Part shown: positions 61,404-64,000 of the stretch, piece after piece
How the letters are laid out: each line of letters starts with the position of its first letter
How positions within the stretch are numbered: position 1 is the first letter of the stretch
DNA from: Parvibaculaceae bacterium
GTDB taxonomy: Bacteria > Pseudomonadota > Alphaproteobacteria > RS24
DNA length: 64,000 bases
Reading direction: 5' to 3'
Assembly (NCBI GenBank): GCA_965219485.1
Contig: OZ244774.1
Span: 503,093-567,092 of the forward strand
The notes under the pieces: model-generated
The model's database searches: none
What the model saw: only the letters and a program-made list of their open reading frames with translations
What the model was told of the DNA's origin: nothing
Program-made: the position numbers and the translations under genes

Positions 61404-61571
61404 GACGCCATCTACTGAGCGCTTGAGGCCTTATCGCTTGGGTCTGAAAAATAGACAAAATGGGGGCTATGGCTTCCAGATGAAAGTGCTTGCCATGGCT
61501 GTTTTGCTTGGATAAACATTATAGATAAGAATTTTTACGAAACGAAAATTCGTTTCCAAAAGAGGCGCATA

Positions 61572-61757
61572 ATGATGGCTCAGGCCAAATTTACAAACTC
61601 CTTACACACACTGCCTTCTGGCGGTGGTGCGAGTTTGCGCGCGGCCTCGGGCGAGAGCAAGAAATTGGTTCGGCCAAACGACTTACTTACCATCCTTCTC
61701 CTAACCTGCCCCTGAGATCGGACAGGCCCATGCAAGGCGCGTTCTCAGGGGGTGATT
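61572..61757 (+). promoter_or_regulatory. Candidate leuA leader peptide ORF (47 codons, Leu-rich end) plus attenuator hairpin
   Basis: ATG 61572 to TGA 61713-61715 encodes MMAQAKFTNSLHTLPSGGGASLRAASGESKKLVRPNDLLTILLLTCP. Five Leu codons (TTA CTT .. CTT CTC CTA) fall in the last 10 codons. CCCCTGAGA (61709-17) can pair with TCTCAGGGG (61743-51), followed by GTGATTT. It sits 110 nt upstream of leuA. Confidence 0.5.
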
Positions 61758-61824
61758 TAGGAACCAAACACAACGGCAAATGCCTAAAAAAGCTAGGTAA
61801 AAGCCCCTCTAGAAGGATGATGAA

Positions 61825-63393
61825 ATGACCAACTCAACAAAACAAACAGGCGCTGCCAGCGACCGCATTTATATTTTTGACACAACTTTGCGCGATGGCG
61901 AACAGTCGCCAGGCGCTTCTATGACTTTAGAAGAAAAGCTGCAAGTTGCCGAAACTTTGGACACAATGGGTGTCGATGTTATCGAAGCTGGATTTCCCAT
62001 TGCCTCGAACGGTGACTTTGAAAGCGTAAGCGAAGTCGCGAAATTAGTGAAAAATGCCCAAGTATGTGGCTTGGCGCGCGCCGGTGCCAAAGATATCGAC
62101 CGGGCGGCAGATGCGTTAAAACACGCCAAAAACCCGCGCATCCATACGTTTATCTCTACCAGTCCTGTGCATATGAAACACAAATTGCAAATGGAACCGG
62201 AAGACGTAATGGAAGCCATTGCAACTTCGGTAGCGCGCGCGCGTGATCATACCGACAATGTGGAATGGTCGCCAGAAGACGCGACCCGCACAGACCATGA
62301 TTTCTTATGTGCCAGCGTCGAAACCGCCATTCGAGCTGGCGCGACGACCATTAATATTCCAGACACTGTTGGCTATACGATGCCGCAGGAATATTTTGAG
62401 ATGATTACCATGTTGCGCGAGCGTGTCCCGAATATCGATAAAGCGATTATCTCTACGCATTGCCATAATGATTTGGGACTGGCGGTTGCCAATTCCTTGG
62501 CTGGCGTTCGCGCCGGCGCGCGCCAAATCGAATGCACCATTAACGGTCTTGGCGAACGTGCGGGCAATGCGGCCTTGGAAGAAATTGTTATGGCGATGAA
62601 TGTGCGCAATGACTTGATGCCACAATGGACCAACATCGAGACGCAAATGCTGTCTCGTGCCTCTAAGTTAGTGTCGTCGGTGACCGCTTTTCCAGTGCAA
62701 TACAATAAGGCGATTGTGGGCCAGAATGCGTTCGCGCATGAGAGCGGTATTCACCAAGATGGAATGCTGAAGAATAATCAGACCTATGAAATTATGACGC
62801 CTGAGAGTGTGGGTATTTCCAAAACCTCCTTGGTTATGGGCAAACATTCAGGGCGCCATGCGTTTCGCGATAAAATTAATAATCTGGGCTATCAATTGGG
62901 TGACAACCAGTTGCAAGAGGCGTTTGTGCGCTTTAAAGAGCTGGCCGACCGGAAAAAACATGTGTTTGATGATGACATTATCGCGTTGATTGATGATGAA
63001 GTTGCCAAAGGTATCGACCGTATCAAGCTTGTGTCTTTGCGGGTTGTTGCAGGCTCGCACGGCCCTCAACAGGCGGTTTTGAAACTCGATATTGACGGCA
63101 AAGAAACCGAAGTAGAAAGCACAGGCGACGGTCCCGTCGATGCGACGTTCAATGCGATTAAGGCTTTGTTCCCGCATGAAGCAGATTTGCAGCTTTACCA
63201 AGTCCATGCCGTGACACAAGGTACGGATGCACAAGCTGAAGTGAGTGTGCGTTTGGAAGAAAGCGGTAAAACCGTGATTGGCCGCGCCGCTGATACAGAT
63301 ACAATGGTCGCCTCGGCACGAGCTTATATTAGTGCTTTGAACAAATTGTTGATTAAACGAGAAAAACAGGCGCCGGATAGTCTGACCGCCTGA
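61825..63393 (+). CDS. leuA: 2-isopropylmalate synthase
   Basis: [39 protein letters not shown] and a C-terminal LeuA allosteric domain. Confidence 0.97.
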   Translation: MTNSTKQTGAASDRIYIFDTTLRDGEQSPGASMTLEEKLQVAETLDTMGVDVIEAGFPIASNGDFESVSEVAKLVKNAQVCGLARAGAKDIDRAADALKHAKNPRIHTFISTSPVHMKHKLQMEPEDVMEAIATSVARARDHTDNVEWSPEDATRTDHDFLCASVETAIRAGATTINIPDTVGYTMPQEYFEMITMLRERVPNIDKAIISTHCHNDLGLAVANSLAGVRAGARQIECTINGLGERAGNAALEEIVMAMNVRNDLMPQWTNIETQMLSRASKLVSSVTAFPVQYNKAIVGQNAFAHESGIHQDGMLKNNQTYEIMTPESVGISKTSLVMGKHSGRHAFRDKINNLGYQLGDNQLQEAFVRFKELADRKKHVFDDDIIALIDDEVAKGIDRIKLVSLRVVAGSHGPQQAVLKLDIDGKETEVESTGDGPVDATFNAIKALFPHEADLQLYQVHAVTQGTDAQAEVSVRLEESGKTVIGRAADTDTMVASARAYISALNKLLIKREKQAPDSLTA

Positions 63394-63407
63394 TTGGTAC
63401 TCTTTGA

Positions 63408-64000
<593 letters not shown>

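Overview
The window looks like a conserved chromosomal segment of an alphaproteobacterium. I infer that from a circularly permuted two-piece tmRNA gene, an alpha-type SspB, hflK-hflC-DUF2065-degP synteny and an FtsZ with a very long C-terminal linker. No database search was possible, so every product call rests on motifs I recognise in the translations. Gene order: 3' end of an autotransporter gene; gph-like HAD phosphatase (-); EamA transporter; AmpD-type amidase; RNase P RNA. A complete dcw cluster follows: mraZ-rsmH-ftsL-ftsI-murE-murF-mraY-murD-ftsW-murG-murC-murB-ddl-ftsQ-ftsA-ftsZ. Then come a leaderless M15 peptidase, lpxC, bamD, recN and ligA, and a minus-strand block uvrD-prmA-pepP. 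Next are asmA; fumC plus a small RHH gene (-); sspB and ssrA (-); thyA-folA; an SMP-30-like gene; mrp/apbC plus DUF1737 (-); hflK-hflC-DUF2065-degP; serB (-); miaA; and ilvI-ilvH-ilvC. After that lies an accessory-looking envelope block at 54.3-60.4 kb, then lysR, a Leu-rich leader plus leuA, and the 5' part of mreB. No rRNA, tRNA, CRISPR array, transposase or integrase was seen. The best candidate for an interesting system is the 54.3-60.4 kb block. It holds a glycine-zipper lipoprotein, two tandem paralogous Cys-containing lipoproteins of no family I recognise, a DUF4105 protein with a probable C-terminal beta-barrel, and directly downstream a complete DUF2282-DUF692-DUF2063-DoxX operon. That operon is the MNIO / bufferin / Hvf-type RiPP class, which was described only recently, and this locus is uncharacterised. 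Smaller observations include sspB sitting 33 nt behind the ssrA terminator, a 10-bp-phased CCCA array over the mraZ promoter, and a perfect 24-bp in-frame tandem duplication in folA. There is also a Leu-rich leader ORF before leuA and a possible 54-codon ORF coupled to ftsA.
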